Below are positions 1-9,322 of a stretch of 64,000 nucleotides of DNA, in pieces (position 1 is the first letter of the stretch; each line of letters starts with the position of its first letter). The position numbers and the translations under genes are program-made. This DNA comes from an uncultured Gemmatimonadales bacterium. Lineage in GTDB: Bacteria; Gemmatimonadota; Gemmatimonadetes; Gemmatimonadales; GWC2-71-9. The notes beneath the pieces were generated by a model. The model was given only the letters and a program-made list of their open reading frames with translations. It was not told where the DNA came from and ran no database searches. The stretch lies in NCBI GenBank assembly GCA_963798915.1, contig CAWCVB010000002.1:96001-160000 (forward strand), given 5' to 3'.

Positions 1-47
1 TAGGGGATGCATCTCGCCCATCCTGCCCATCTCGCCTCATCCTGTCG

Positions 48-890
48 TCACCCCCTCCGCCCTTCCAGCGGATGGAACTCGTTCCACCGGGTGATGTACG
101 GCCGGATCATGAGATCAAGGAATCGCTCCGTGGCAACCGGAAAGGGAAACCGGCTGCGAAATTCGGACGAGGTCAGGCCCAGCATGGTGCGCAGGTGCCG
201 GCCGAAACTCTGCGGTGAGGAATATTCCAGCCGATAGGAGACGTCGGCCACCGAGTACCCCTGGGTGCCGAACAGCCACGCAGCATGGAGCAGCCGGACA
301 GCGGCGAGGTAATTCTTGGGGCTGGGCAGCCGGGCCCGCTGGAAGCGCGACATGAGGGTACTGGGGCAGACCCGGAGTTCGGAGGCCAGGCGGCGAACCG
401 TCACCGTGTTGGGCGCCAGCCGAATGGTGGTTTCCAGGAAGAGCCGGGCATCGGGTGGTGCGTCCGGCAGGGCGCCCAGCACCGCACCCTGGATGCGGGC
501 AGCAGCACGGGAGGCGGGGCGGGCCACCGCCTGCCTGAGTTGCGACCAGCCCGAGGGCGACGACACGTCCACGACTTCGCGTACCCCCGAGGCGCCCAGG
601 CGCAGGAGCGCTTCCGACGACGCAGGATCGGGACGGGAGACCAGCGCCACGGTGGGCACGCCGGGAAAGTGCCGCACCAGTTGGCGCAGCGCGTCGGCAT
701 GATCGGGGGTGCAGCGGTGGACCGAGACCAGCACGGCGTCAACCGCGCGCTCGCGCACGACGCGCATGGCGTCGCGAACAGAATCCCGGTGCACCACGGA
801 AAAGAGCCCATTGCCCGCGGCATCCACGCGCTGGCGCTCACTCTGAGTGAGCACCGCGGCGACGGTGAGCGGGTCGGTGTCTACGGACAT
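48..890 (-). CDS. AraC-family HTH transcriptional regulator with N-terminal receiver-like domain
   Basis: C-terminal TLMSRF...YLAAVRLLHAAWLF...SVADVSYRLEYSSPQSFGRHLRTMLGLT is an AraC double-HTH signature. Start placed at ATG 890 (MSVDTDPL). Confidence 0.75.
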   Translation of the reverse strand: MSVDTDPLTVAAVLTQSERQRVDAAGNGLFSVVHRDSVRDAMRVVRERAVDAVLVSVHRCTPDHADALRQLVRHFPGVPTVALVSRPDPASSEALLRLGASGVREVVDVSSPSGWSQLRQAVARPASRAAARIQGAVLGALPDAPPDARLFLETTIRLAPNTVTVRRLASELRVCPSTLMSRFQRARLPSPKNYLAAVRLLHAAWLFGTQGYSVADVSYRLEYSSPQSFGRHLRTMLGLTSSEFRSRFPFPVATERFLDLMIRPYITRWNEFHPLEGRRG

Positions 891-1072
891 GCAGGCCACG
901 ACCTGTTGGATTGTCGGCAATGAGCGTAACGTCGTGAGGTCAATGCCCGCGCAACCCTGGCTCCAACCCTGCCGCCGCGCCGGTGCGCTCAATGCGCAAC
1001 CTTCCGGCGGCAGGGCGCATCTGAAACGCAAACCGCTCGTCCGCGCATCCTCCGCCGGGAACGGAGAATTTC

Positions 1073-4000
1073 GTGACTGACAACCCCGCTGATCTGGCCC
1101 GGCGCGTCTCGGACGCCCTGGGGCCGCAGTACCGGCTCGAAGGCGAGCTGGGCCGCGGCGGCATGGGCGTTGTCTTCCTCGCCCGCGACATCGCTCTGGA
1201 TCGTCCGGTCGCAGTCAAGGTCATCCATCCCGAGCTCGCCGGGCATGAAAGCATCACCCGGCGTTTTCTTGACGAAGCCCGCACCATCGCCCGGCTGCGC
1301 CACCCCAACATCGTCGCCATCCACTCGTCCGGCACTAATGGTGACCTGCTCTGGTACGTCATGGACAGGGTGCCGGGTGAGACGCTGCGCGCCCGCCTGG
1401 ACCGCGAGGGGCGACTGCCACCGGACGAGGCCGCCCGCATCACCGCCGACCTGGCCGGCGCACTGGATGCCGCCGGCGCCGCCGGCGTGGTCCACCGGGA
1501 CATCAAGCCGGAAAACGTGCTGCTGGAAGCCGGCAGCGGACGGCCGCTCCTGGCCGACTTCGGCATTGCGCGCGCCATGGAGGTCGATAACACCGATCCG
1601 CGCACCGCCCTGGGGGTGGCCGTGGGCACGCCCACCTACATGAGCCCGGAGCAGGCCGCCGGCGATCAGGTGGACAGCCGCAGCGATCTCTATTCGCTGG
1701 GCGTGGTCGCCTACGAAATGCTGAGCGGCAAGCCGCCATTCCAGGGGCCGCACCGGCTGGTGGTGTCGCAGCACCTGTCCCAGCGGCCGGCCTCGCTGAA
1801 AAAGATCCGGCCCGAACTTTCCCCAGTGCTGGCTGATGTCGTCATGCGAGCGCTGGAAAAGAATCCCGCGGAGCGGTGGCAGAGCGGGGCCGAGTTCCGG
1901 CAGGCGCTCCTGGGGCAGGGGACTGGGAGAGGGGCGGCCGCAGGCCGCCCCCAGACGACGGCTCGGCGCCGCGCGCGGCTCGCGGCCATATTCGGGACGG
2001 CCGTGCTCCTGGTCGGCTTGGGCGCCGTGGCGCTCTTCGGCCGCAGAAATGGCCCGCCGGCGGGAGTCAACCCGCGCCTCTCGCTGCTGGTGCTGCCGTT
2101 CAGCAATCTTCGCCACAACCGCGCCCTCAACTGGCTCAGCGAAGGCAGTGTCAGCATGCTGGCCCTCAACCTGTCCCAATGGAACGACCTCAAGGTCGTG
2201 GACAACGAACGGCTGCATGACATTCTCGACCAGCACGACATCCGGAACGGCGCCGACGTCGGCCTCGACATGGCGCGGCGTCTGGCCCGGGAAGCAGGGG
2301 TGTGGACCGTCGTGATGGGCGAGTACGAGCAGGTGGGCGACTCCCTGCACCTGACCGCGCGGGTCTATGATGTCGCCTCCGGACAGAGGGTGGAGACCGC
2401 CGAGGTCTCGGCGGCGCCGGGCGATGATGTGCGGCCGGTGTTCGACGACCTCGCCGCCCGGCTGCTGGACCTGTCCGGCGCGCCGTCGGAAACCCGCACC
2501 GTCCTGGCCGAGGCAACCACCTCGTCGCTCGAGGCCTTCCGGGCCTACCTGCAGGGTTCGGAATCGCTGAACAACTGGGACCTGGCGGCGGCGGAGCGCT
2601 CGCTCAAGCGCGCTACCGACATGGATTCGACCTTCGGGCTGGCCTATTACAAGTACGCGCTGACCCGCGGCTGGCTGGTCGGGGCGGACGACTCCCTGAG
2701 TTCGGTTGCCATGGCGCGCGCCACCGCGCATTCCACCAGCCTGCCACAGCGGCAGCGGACCATCATCAACGCCTATCGCGCCTTTATCGGCGGCAGCTTC
2801 CGCGAGGCGCGCGGGCTCTACAGCCAGCTCATTGCCCGCGACACGACTGACGCTGACGCCTGGTATGGGCTTGGTGAAGCGTGGTTTCACGACGAGCGCG
2901 CGCCTGAGGGCCATGCCACGGCCATGACCGAGTCGCTTCGGGCCTTTGACCGGACGCTGGCGCTGGACCCCGACTACGCGCTTGCCTATGAGCACATCGA
3001 ACAGATGCTGACCGGCGCCAGCCGGGACGGTGCCGGCATTGCCCTGATGCCCGGCGATTCCTTCGTGCCGGCGATGGGACGGAACGGGCGCAGCACACTC
3101 GACAGCGCCGCCCGCGCCGCGGCAGCACAGCGCGCCCGCAGTGCCGTCGTGACGCTGGCCCGGAACTGGGTCGCCACCCAGCCCACCACCTACCGGGCCC
3201 ACAGCGCCCTGGTGGACGCCTACATCGCTTCCAAGGACTACCCTGCGGCGCTCGCCGAGCTGGCGCGCTACGACGCCGTCGCGGCCAACCATCCGGAAGT
3301 CCGCTTCGTCGAGGCGAGGATCCGCTTTGCCTCGGGTGACGTGGATCGTGCCGCGCAGCTTCTGACCCAGGCACTGGACTCGGTCACGCCAGACGATTTC
3401 CGGAGCTTCGAGAGCACCCCGAATGTGCTGGGGGATGTTGCTGCCGCCGCCAACGTCTTTGCCATGCGGGGCGACGTGGCCAACGCCACCCGCGCCATCG
3501 AGTTCACCGATCGCGTCCGCCAGGAGGTGTTTCCGGGCCTCGTGGCCAGCGCGGGGGGAGGAGATCAGTGGCGCCGTTCCGCGCTGGCGCAGCTCTATGG
3601 CAACCTGGGCACGCCGGACGCGGCGCTGCGGCGCGTGTGGCATGCGACGGCCGAGGACTCGCGCCTGGCCCCACCAGAGCGGCGGAAGGCCATCCTGCGT
3701 GCCGGCGCCCCCGCGGCGGTGGGACTCTTCACCGGGCTCGTAATCGACACGTCGGCCCTGGCGGAACTCACTGCGCTGACCGGCGAGCCGCCCGCGCCCG
3801 AACTGCAGGCCTGGATGGCGCTTGCCCGGCATGACACGGCCGAGGCCCGGCAACTGATCTCGCAGCAGGACACCACCCGGCGGGAGAACGACCCGCGACC
3901 CCTCGCGGCGGCCGTCTATGCCGAGCTGGGCGAGTACCAGACGGCGCTGAAACTGCTCGAGTCATTCTCGCCGGCGGAATTTTCCACCCGCGGGTTCGAT

Positions 4001-4186
4001 CCGCGCTGGGGCCTGCTCGGCCGGGTGCGCCTGCTGCGCGCCTCGATCGAGGCTCGACTGGGGCATGCGGATGCCGCCCGGCAGGAATACCAGCTCGTGC
4101 TCGCGCAGTGGAAGGATGCCGATCCGAGCATGCAGGAATACGTCCGCATGGCCCGGGTCGGGCTGGCGGCATTGGAAGAAGGTTAG
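1073..4186 (+). CDS. Hanks-type Ser/Thr protein kinase with TM segment, TolB/CsgG-like domain and TPR repeats
   Basis: GRGGMGVV, VAVK, HRDIKPEN, DFG and GTPTYMSPE motifs; a hydrophobic TM segment; LLVLPFSN domain; helical TPR-like C-terminus. Confidence 0.92.
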   Translation: MTDNPADLARRVSDALGPQYRLEGELGRGGMGVVFLARDIALDRPVAVKVIHPELAGHESITRRFLDEARTIARLRHPNIVAIHSSGTNGDLLWYVMDRVPGETLRARLDREGRLPPDEAARITADLAGALDAAGAAGVVHRDIKPENVLLEAGSGRPLLADFGIARAMEVDNTDPRTALGVAVGTPTYMSPEQAAGDQVDSRSDLYSLGVVAYEMLSGKPPFQGPHRLVVSQHLSQRPASLKKIRPELSPVLADVVMRALEKNPAERWQSGAEFRQALLGQGTGRGAAAGRPQTTARRRARLAAIFGTAVLLVGLGAVALFGRRNGPPAGVNPRLSLLVLPFSNLRHNRALNWLSEGSVSMLALNLSQWNDLKVVDNERLHDILDQHDIRNGADVGLDMARRLAREAGVWTVVMGEYEQVGDSLHLTARVYDVASGQRVETAEVSAAPGDDVRPVFDDLAARLLDLSGAPSETRTVLAEATTSSLEAFRAYLQGSESLNNWDLAAAERSLKRATDMDSTFGLAYYKYALTRGWLVGADDSLSSVAMARATAHSTSLPQRQRTIINAYRAFIGGSFREARGLYSQLIARDTTDADAWYGLGEAWFHDERAPEGHATAMTESLRAFDRTLALDPDYALAYEHIEQMLTGASRDGAGIALMPGDSFVPAMGRNGRSTLDSAARAAAAQRARSAVVTLARNWVATQPTTYRAHSALVDAYIASKDYPAALAELARYDAVAANHPEVRFVEARIRFASGDVDRAAQLLTQALDSVTPDDFRSFESTPNVLGDVAAAANVFAMRGDVANATRAIEFTDRVRQEVFPGLVASAGGGDQWRRSALAQLYGNLGTPDAALRRVWHATAEDSRLAPPERRKAILRAGAPAAVGLFTGLVIDTSALAELTALTGEPPAPELQAWMALARHDTAEARQLISQQDTTRRENDPRPLAAAVYAELGEYQTALKLLESFSPAEFSTRGFDPRWGLLGRVRLLRASIEARLGHADAARQEYQLVLAQWKDADPSMQEYVRMARVGLAALEEG

Positions 4187-4250
4187 ACGGCGAGACGGCG
4201 AGACGGCGAGAGCGGCGAGCGGCGAGACGGCGAGACGGCGAGACGGCGAG
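4185..4250. repeat. Octamer tandem repeat (AGACGGCG)n
   Basis: Directly visible right after the kinase stop codon. The reverse complement occurs at about 58255-58290. Confidence 0.9.
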
Positions 4251-4319
4251 TATGTGCTGGTGAGAACCAATCGTCCAGCCGCCTAGCCGTTGAGCCATCC
4301 AGTCGCCTATCTTTCCCCC

Positions 4320-4694
4320 GGGCCGGGCGTGATGGTCGCGGGCGCGGAGACGCGTTCGAGGAAAGTCCGAGCTCCAGAGGGCAGACTGCCAGGTAACGCC
4401 TGGGCACCGCAAGGCGACGGACAGGGCCACAGAAAACAGACCGCCACGTGCGCAAGCACGCGGTAAGGGTGAAACGGTGGGGTAAGAGCCCACCGCCCCG
4501 AGCGTAAGCAAGGGGGCACGGTAACCCCCAGTCGGAGCAAGACCAAATAAGCGGCGAGGTGCGGCCCGCACCGACCATCCTGAGCGCAAGCGAAGGAAGC
4601 CGCGGGTAGGTTGCTTGAGGCGGCCGGCGACGGCCGTCCCAGAGAGATGACCATCTCCTGCAAGGGAAACAGAACTCGGCTTACTGCCTGGCCC
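4320..4694 (+). ncRNA. rnpB: RNase P RNA (type A)
   Basis: Conserved GAGGAAAGTCCGAGCTC, CAGAAAACAGACCGCC, GGTAAGGGTGAAACGGTGGGGTAAGAGCCCACC and AACAGAACTCGGCTTA segments; the 5' and 3' ends pair (GGGCCGGGC / GCCTGGCCC). Confidence 0.95.
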
Positions 4695-4696
4695 AG

Positions 4697-4728
4697 GCGG
4701 CCCCCGAATCCGGTTCGGGGGCCGCTTT
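4697..4728 (+). terminator. Intrinsic terminator after rnpB
   Basis: GCGGCCCCCGAA-TCCGG-TTCGGGGGCCGC hairpin followed by TTT. Confidence 0.75.
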
Positions 4729-4840
4729 ACGTGCGCCCTAGCACAGTGCCGGACCGGTGGCCTACCTTATGCTGTCCCGTCCGGCTTCCGCCGGCGGGAC
4801 AGCCGGTTCACCGGCGGCCCGATCTCGCTTCGAGGAACCC

Positions 4841-5608
4841 ATGACTACGCGTTCGCTGTCGTTCGCCCTGCTGGCCACCACCCTGATGCTGCCGCTGTCG
4901 GGCAAGGCGCCCACCACGCTCAGGTACAAGGTTACCCAGCATTTTGCCCAGACCATCGACCTGTCGGCCATGGGCCAGGATGTCCAGTCCCAGCAGGCCA
5001 CCTTCGATGCCTATCTGACCGTGACGACCCAGGACAGCGCGGGCGGGCACGCCCTGAGCGTCAAGGTGGACTCGGTGATTCCCGCGGCCGACGCCGATCC
5101 AATGGTCGCGAATACGCTGATCGGCCAGTTGAAGGACGCCAACGGCAGCGGCTTCGTCGATGGCAGCGGCGAGGTGAGCGGGTTCGCGTCAGGGATGGGT
5201 GGAGCGGGACTCAAGGGGCTGGTTCAGGTGCTCTATCCCAAGGTCCGCAAGGGCGTGAAGCCCGGGGACAAGTGGACCGACACGAGCTCGGTGACCGACT
5301 CCGTGCCCGGCGGGGCCGTGACCCGGAATGTCATCACGAACTACACCGCCACGGCGGGCGACACGTGGAATGGGCAGGCCACCGTCAAGCTGGTGACGGC
5401 CAGCTCCTACACTATTGCCGGCGGGCAGAGTGGCATGAGCCTCGAGGGCAATGGCAGCAACAACGGCACTGTGACGCTGAGCAAGGCCGGCCACGCGGTC
5501 TCAGCCGAGAACTCGGGCCAGGTCAACATCACGGCGACCACGCCGCAGGCGCCCGCGCCACTGCCGATCGTCAACAAGACGGCTTCATCAGTAGTGCTGC
5601 TACCATAA
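4841..5608 (+). CDS. Secreted beta-rich hypothetical protein
   Basis: GAGG RBS before ATG 4841; signal-peptide-like N-terminus; GC-rich third codon positions. Confidence 0.7.
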   Translation: MTTRSLSFALLATTLMLPLSGKAPTTLRYKVTQHFAQTIDLSAMGQDVQSQQATFDAYLTVTTQDSAGGHALSVKVDSVIPAADADPMVANTLIGQLKDANGSGFVDGSGEVSGFASGMGGAGLKGLVQVLYPKVRKGVKPGDKWTDTSSVTDSVPGGAVTRNVITNYTATAGDTWNGQATVKLVTASSYTIAGGQSGMSLEGNGSNNGTVTLSKAGHAVSAENSGQVNITATTPQAPAPLPIVNKTASSVVLLP

Positions 5609-5615
5609 GCGGCGG

Positions 5616-6515
5616 ATGAAAGTCCTGATTCGGGCGGGCGCACTGCTGGGCCTCGCTGCCTGTGCGCCCGCGGCCTCGAGCGGGGCCGGAAACGGGGGCG
5701 GTGTCGTGCCGCCGCCGCCGGGCGCCGAAGCGCCTGCTGCGCCGGCGCCCAAGCCTGGCGGTAACGAGCACGGCAAGGCCGTGGTGCTCAAGCTTCCACC
5801 GTATGATCGCTATCTGGTCGAACGCGCGGACACGCTCACGCTCCAGCTGCCCGATGGCAGTACCCAGACGCAGGCCTATCGCTGGAGCGCCTGGATGGAC
5901 GCGCGCGCCTCGGTCGAGACCGGCGGATATCACCTGGTGCTGACGCTCGATTCGCTGGAGGTCGATGCGCCGGGCGGCATGCCGGGCCAGCCCGCGCTCG
6001 ACAGCGCCCGCGGCACCCGCTGGACCGCGCATCTGGATCCCGATGGCCGGCTCAGCAGCATGGAAACGGACCGGGAAAGCTCCATCGCCAGCCAGTTTGG
6101 TGCGATGCTGTACTACATCTACCCGCCGCTTCCCGGCAACGACGTGCGTTCAGGAGCCACCTGGACCGACTCCACCACCGCGCCGACGCGGGCGCAGAAC
6201 TTCGATGTCCAGGAGACGGCCCGCATGGATTACCTGGTGACCGGTCCGGCGGTCCACGGCGACCGGGCCGTTCTCATGATCAGCGGCCACGGTACTTTCA
6301 CCCGCACCGGTTCGGGCCTCCAGTACGATCAGCCCATGCAATATCAGGCCGACGGCCAGCGGCAGGTGAATTTCTACCTCAGTCCCGACGGGACGCCGGC
6401 CGGCATGGACGGATCGGAAGCAAGCAAGTTCGTCATCACCGTGCCGGCCGTGGGGCAATCGCTCAACGCGGACCAGCGCGGCTCCTTCCGAATCAGCCCA
6501 ACCGGCGAGAGCTGA
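5616..6515 (+). CDS. Putative lipoprotein, probable paralog of the upstream gene
   Basis: Lipobox LAAC, Pro/Ala linker, and motifs shared with the upstream ORF (DSV/DSL, YP, WTD). Confidence 0.7.
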   Translation: MKVLIRAGALLGLAACAPAASSGAGNGGGVVPPPPGAEAPAAPAPKPGGNEHGKAVVLKLPPYDRYLVERADTLTLQLPDGSTQTQAYRWSAWMDARASVETGGYHLVLTLDSLEVDAPGGMPGQPALDSARGTRWTAHLDPDGRLSSMETDRESSIASQFGAMLYYIYPPLPGNDVRSGATWTDSTTAPTRAQNFDVQETARMDYLVTGPAVHGDRAVLMISGHGTFTRTGSGLQYDQPMQYQADGQRQVNFYLSPDGTPAGMDGSEASKFVITVPAVGQSLNADQRGSFRISPTGES

Positions 6516-6521
6516 TCCCGG

Positions 6522-7265
6522 GTGCGGGTTCTTCGCCGCACCATCCTGGGCATTGGCATCGGAGCCGGGCTGTTCGTGGCCTGGCTCTTTGCCATCTGGC
6601 CACCGCCAGTCTGGTATGCGACCCACTTTCCGGCGCGCACCGCGTTCATGGCCATGCGGGAGCGAAGCGGCGTGGAACTGGTGTCTTACCAGCCCGTTCC
6701 GCTTGACAGTATCGCGCCACTGTTCGCACAGGCAGTAATCACCGGCGAGGATAACCGGTTCTGGAGCCACGCCGGGCTGGATTTCGTCGAGCTCCGGCAC
6801 GCTGTGGGCTATCGGCGGGATGACTTTTCCGTCACCCGCGCCCGCGATGTTCGGGACATGCTGTGGGCCCTCGGGCATCTGTGGAGCCGGCGGGAAGAAC
6901 TGCGCGGCGCCAGCACCATCACCCAGCAGCTGGCCAAGAACCTCTACCTCTCACCCTCACGCAACCCGCTGCGGAAATTCAAGGAAGCTGTCACGGCCTA
7001 CCGCCTGGAGCTGGCGCTTGGCAAGCGCCGGATTCTCGAGCTGTACCTGAATGTCGTGGAACTGGGGCCAGGCATCTGGGGCGTCGGTGCGGCAAGCGAG
7101 GCCTATTTCGGCATCCGACCCAGCCGGCTGACCCGTGACCAGGCGGCAGCGCTGGCCGGCTCGCTTCCGTTTCCGCTGGAATCGAATCCCCATACCGCTC
7201 CCGGGCGAATGCGCTGGCGACAGTCGTGGATCCTCAGGCGGATGCAAGGCGAGGCGGCGGAGTGA
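6522..7265 (+). CDS. mtgA: Monofunctional peptidoglycan transglycosylase (GT51)
   Basis: EDNRFWSHAGLD, GASTITQQLAKNL, RKFKE and KRRILELYLN motifs. Confidence 0.88.
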   Translation: MRVLRRTILGIGIGAGLFVAWLFAIWPPPVWYATHFPARTAFMAMRERSGVELVSYQPVPLDSIAPLFAQAVITGEDNRFWSHAGLDFVELRHAVGYRRDDFSVTRARDVRDMLWALGHLWSRREELRGASTITQQLAKNLYLSPSRNPLRKFKEAVTAYRLELALGKRRILELYLNVVELGPGIWGVGAASEAYFGIRPSRLTRDQAAALAGSLPFPLESNPHTAPGRMRWRQSWILRRMQGEAAE

Positions 7266-7365
7266 CGACCTGTCCACCCTGTCACCTGCATCACAGCGCG
7301 CCCAGCCACTTCATGCCAAGCTGTTATCTTCAAACAGGTAACGCTTCAGGCTGGAGGTATGGATC

Positions 7366-7899
7366 ATGAACGACTACGAAGAGCGGCGTGGTTCGTTTGG
7401 GCGCTCGCTCGGCGCCATGACGGTGGCCGCGGCGGTCGGTGCGGGTGTCGCCCTGCTTTTCTCGACCGAAACGGGTCGCAAGACCCGTCGGAAGGTATCG
7501 AGCCAGATTCGGGAGATGGAATTGCGCGATCGCGCCGAGATGCTGAGCGCCGCCGCGCTCGAGGGCATTGAGATGATGCGTGGGCGGCAGTCGCATCGGC
7601 GGCGGACCACCATGTATGCCGCGTTGGGCACGGCTGCCGGCGCCGCTGCCGCCGCGCTGCTGGCCCCGGAGAGCACGCGCCGGGCACGCATCTGGGTCGA
7701 GGATACGCTGGATGAACTTCGCCACAACGCGTCGACCCGCTGGCGGGTGCACCGGGCCAGGCGCGACAACCGGATGACGCCCGATACGGCGCACGCCATG
7801 CGCCGCCTCGAGGATTCGATGGATCTGGAGCCCGAGCGGGACTACGTGAGCCCGGTGGCGGTACCGGAAGAACCCCACGGGGACATGCCGGGGTTGTAG
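7366..7899 (+). CDS. YtxH-like protein
   Basis: Two AAVGAGVALLF/AAGAAAAALLAPES YtxH-like motifs; GGAGG RBS. Confidence 0.6.
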   Translation: MNDYEERRGSFGRSLGAMTVAAAVGAGVALLFSTETGRKTRRKVSSQIREMELRDRAEMLSAAALEGIEMMRGRQSHRRRTTMYAALGTAAGAAAAALLAPESTRRARIWVEDTLDELRHNASTRWRVHRARRDNRMTPDTAHAMRRLEDSMDLEPERDYVSPVAVPEEPHGDMPGL

Positions 7900-7964
7900 A
7901 AGGGTGATCAGTCGTCGGTCTTCGGTCGTCAACTGCTGGTGAAGACCGACGACCGACGACACCC

Positions 7965-9077
7965 CTAATCCACCAACCTCAACGGCATTACCAAGGCGAG
8001 GTAACTGGCCGGATCGTCCCAACCGACTGGTTCGCAGGTCGCGGCGCGTTCGGGTGCCTTGAAGGTCAGCCGCACCTCGTCGGTGGGCATGAACTTGAGC
8101 ACCTCGAGCATGTAGGCCGCGTTGAAGCCGATTTCCAGCGGATCGCCCTCGTAGCTGACCGTCACCTCTTCCTGCGCCTCCCCCAGGTCCGGCGTCTGCA
8201 CTGACAGCTTGCACGCCCCGTTCGCGAAGCCCATCCGGATCCGATGGGTCTGGTCGCTGGCCACGATATGCATGCGCCTGAGCGCCGAGGTGAGCGCTGC
8301 CTTGTCCACGGTGGCGACCTTGTCGTTCTCCCGTGGAATGACCTGCTCGTAGTTGGGGTAGGGCCCTTCGATCAGCCGAGTGAAGATCTGGGTGGTCTTG
8401 CTGCGGAAGGCCAGGTGATTCTCGCTCCGCGCGATCTCGACGTCCTCGTCGGAGCCGAACAGGCGGCGGATCTGTTCCAGCGCCTTGGGCGGCACGATCA
8501 GGTCCGCCTCGGCGCCGGAACCGGCCGTGGTGGGCACGTCCATCTTGGCCAGCCGATGGCCATTGGTGGCGACCATCCGCATCCGTTCGGGTCGCAGTTC
8601 CCAGAGCACGCCGTTCAGGATGGGGCGGCTCTCTTCCGTGCTGGCGGCAAAGGCGACGTGAGTAATGAGTTTCTGCAGGTCTCCTGACGTGGCGTGCCAG
8701 GCCTTGTCGAACTTGACTGCCGGGAAGGCAGGAAATTCTTCCCGTGGCAGGCCAAGAAGGCGAAAGCGCGATCGGCCGCATTCGATGGTGACCCGCTGTT
8801 CGCCGGATGCCGTGAGCCGGATAGACGCGCTGGGAAGCTCGCGTACGATCTCCACCAGCTTGCGAGCCGGCAGGGTGATGGCTCCTTCCTGGTCCACCGA
8901 GGCGCTGGCGGTGGTGGTGACGGATATGTCGAGGTCCGTTCCGCTCAGGCGAATGCCGTCCTTGGTGGCTTCGAGCAGGATGTTGGCCAGCACCGGAAGC
9001 GTGGTCTTGGACGGCACCGCTGCCGCGACAGCGACGAGCCCTTCCTGCAACTGCTCCCGCGTGATTGTCAACTTCAT
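7965..9077 (-). CDS. dnaN: DNA polymerase III beta sliding clamp
   Basis: TLPVLANIL, ATNGHRLA, RLIEGPYPNY, GFNAAYM and LVMPLRL motifs; lies downstream of dnaA. Confidence 0.98.
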   Translation of the reverse strand: MKLTITREQLQEGLVAVAAAVPSKTTLPVLANILLEATKDGIRLSGTDLDISVTTTASASVDQEGAITLPARKLVEIVRELPSASIRLTASGEQRVTIECGRSRFRLLGLPREEFPAFPAVKFDKAWHATSGDLQKLITHVAFAASTEESRPILNGVLWELRPERMRMVATNGHRLAKMDVPTTAGSGAEADLIVPPKALEQIRRLFGSDEDVEIARSENHLAFRSKTTQIFTRLIEGPYPNYEQVIPRENDKVATVDKAALTSALRRMHIVASDQTHRIRMGFANGACKLSVQTPDLGEAQEEVTVSYEGDPLEIGFNAAYMLEVLKFMPTDEVRLTFKAPERAATCEPVGWDDPASYLALVMPLRLVD

Positions 9078-9322
9078 GCATGACCTCGGTGTGCTATGAT
9101 AGATACTACAAGACCATTTTAAATAACTAGCAGCAGTAGTAGAGGGTCTGGAAATGTGGACCGGCGCGCGAACCCCTGATCCTCAAAGCGCATCCAGTAC
9201 CCACCTGCTGTTGAACTTCTGTGTGCGTGGTGGAAGATAGACGCTCAAGTCCGCTCTTTCACGCCGTGATCAAGATTCCCCACACCGCCGCTTGTCCACG
9301 CGTGGACAGTCGTGGGGAAGAA
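9078..9322. promoter_or_regulatory. Putative oriC (dnaA-dnaN intergenic)
   Basis: DnaA-box-like nonamers at 9276-9284, 9292-9300, 9301-9309 and 9311-9319; trinucleotide run TAGCAGCAGTAGTAG (9128-9142); AT-rich ATTTTAAATAA (9116-9126). Confidence 0.75.

Noticed and set aside
989..3853. 954-aa antisense ORF (also 7330-9081, 11760-13541, 35593-37554, 56518-58191 and similar)
   Set aside because: Shadow ORFs opposite or overlapping well-supported genes; expected in high-GC DNA and lacking recognisable motifs.
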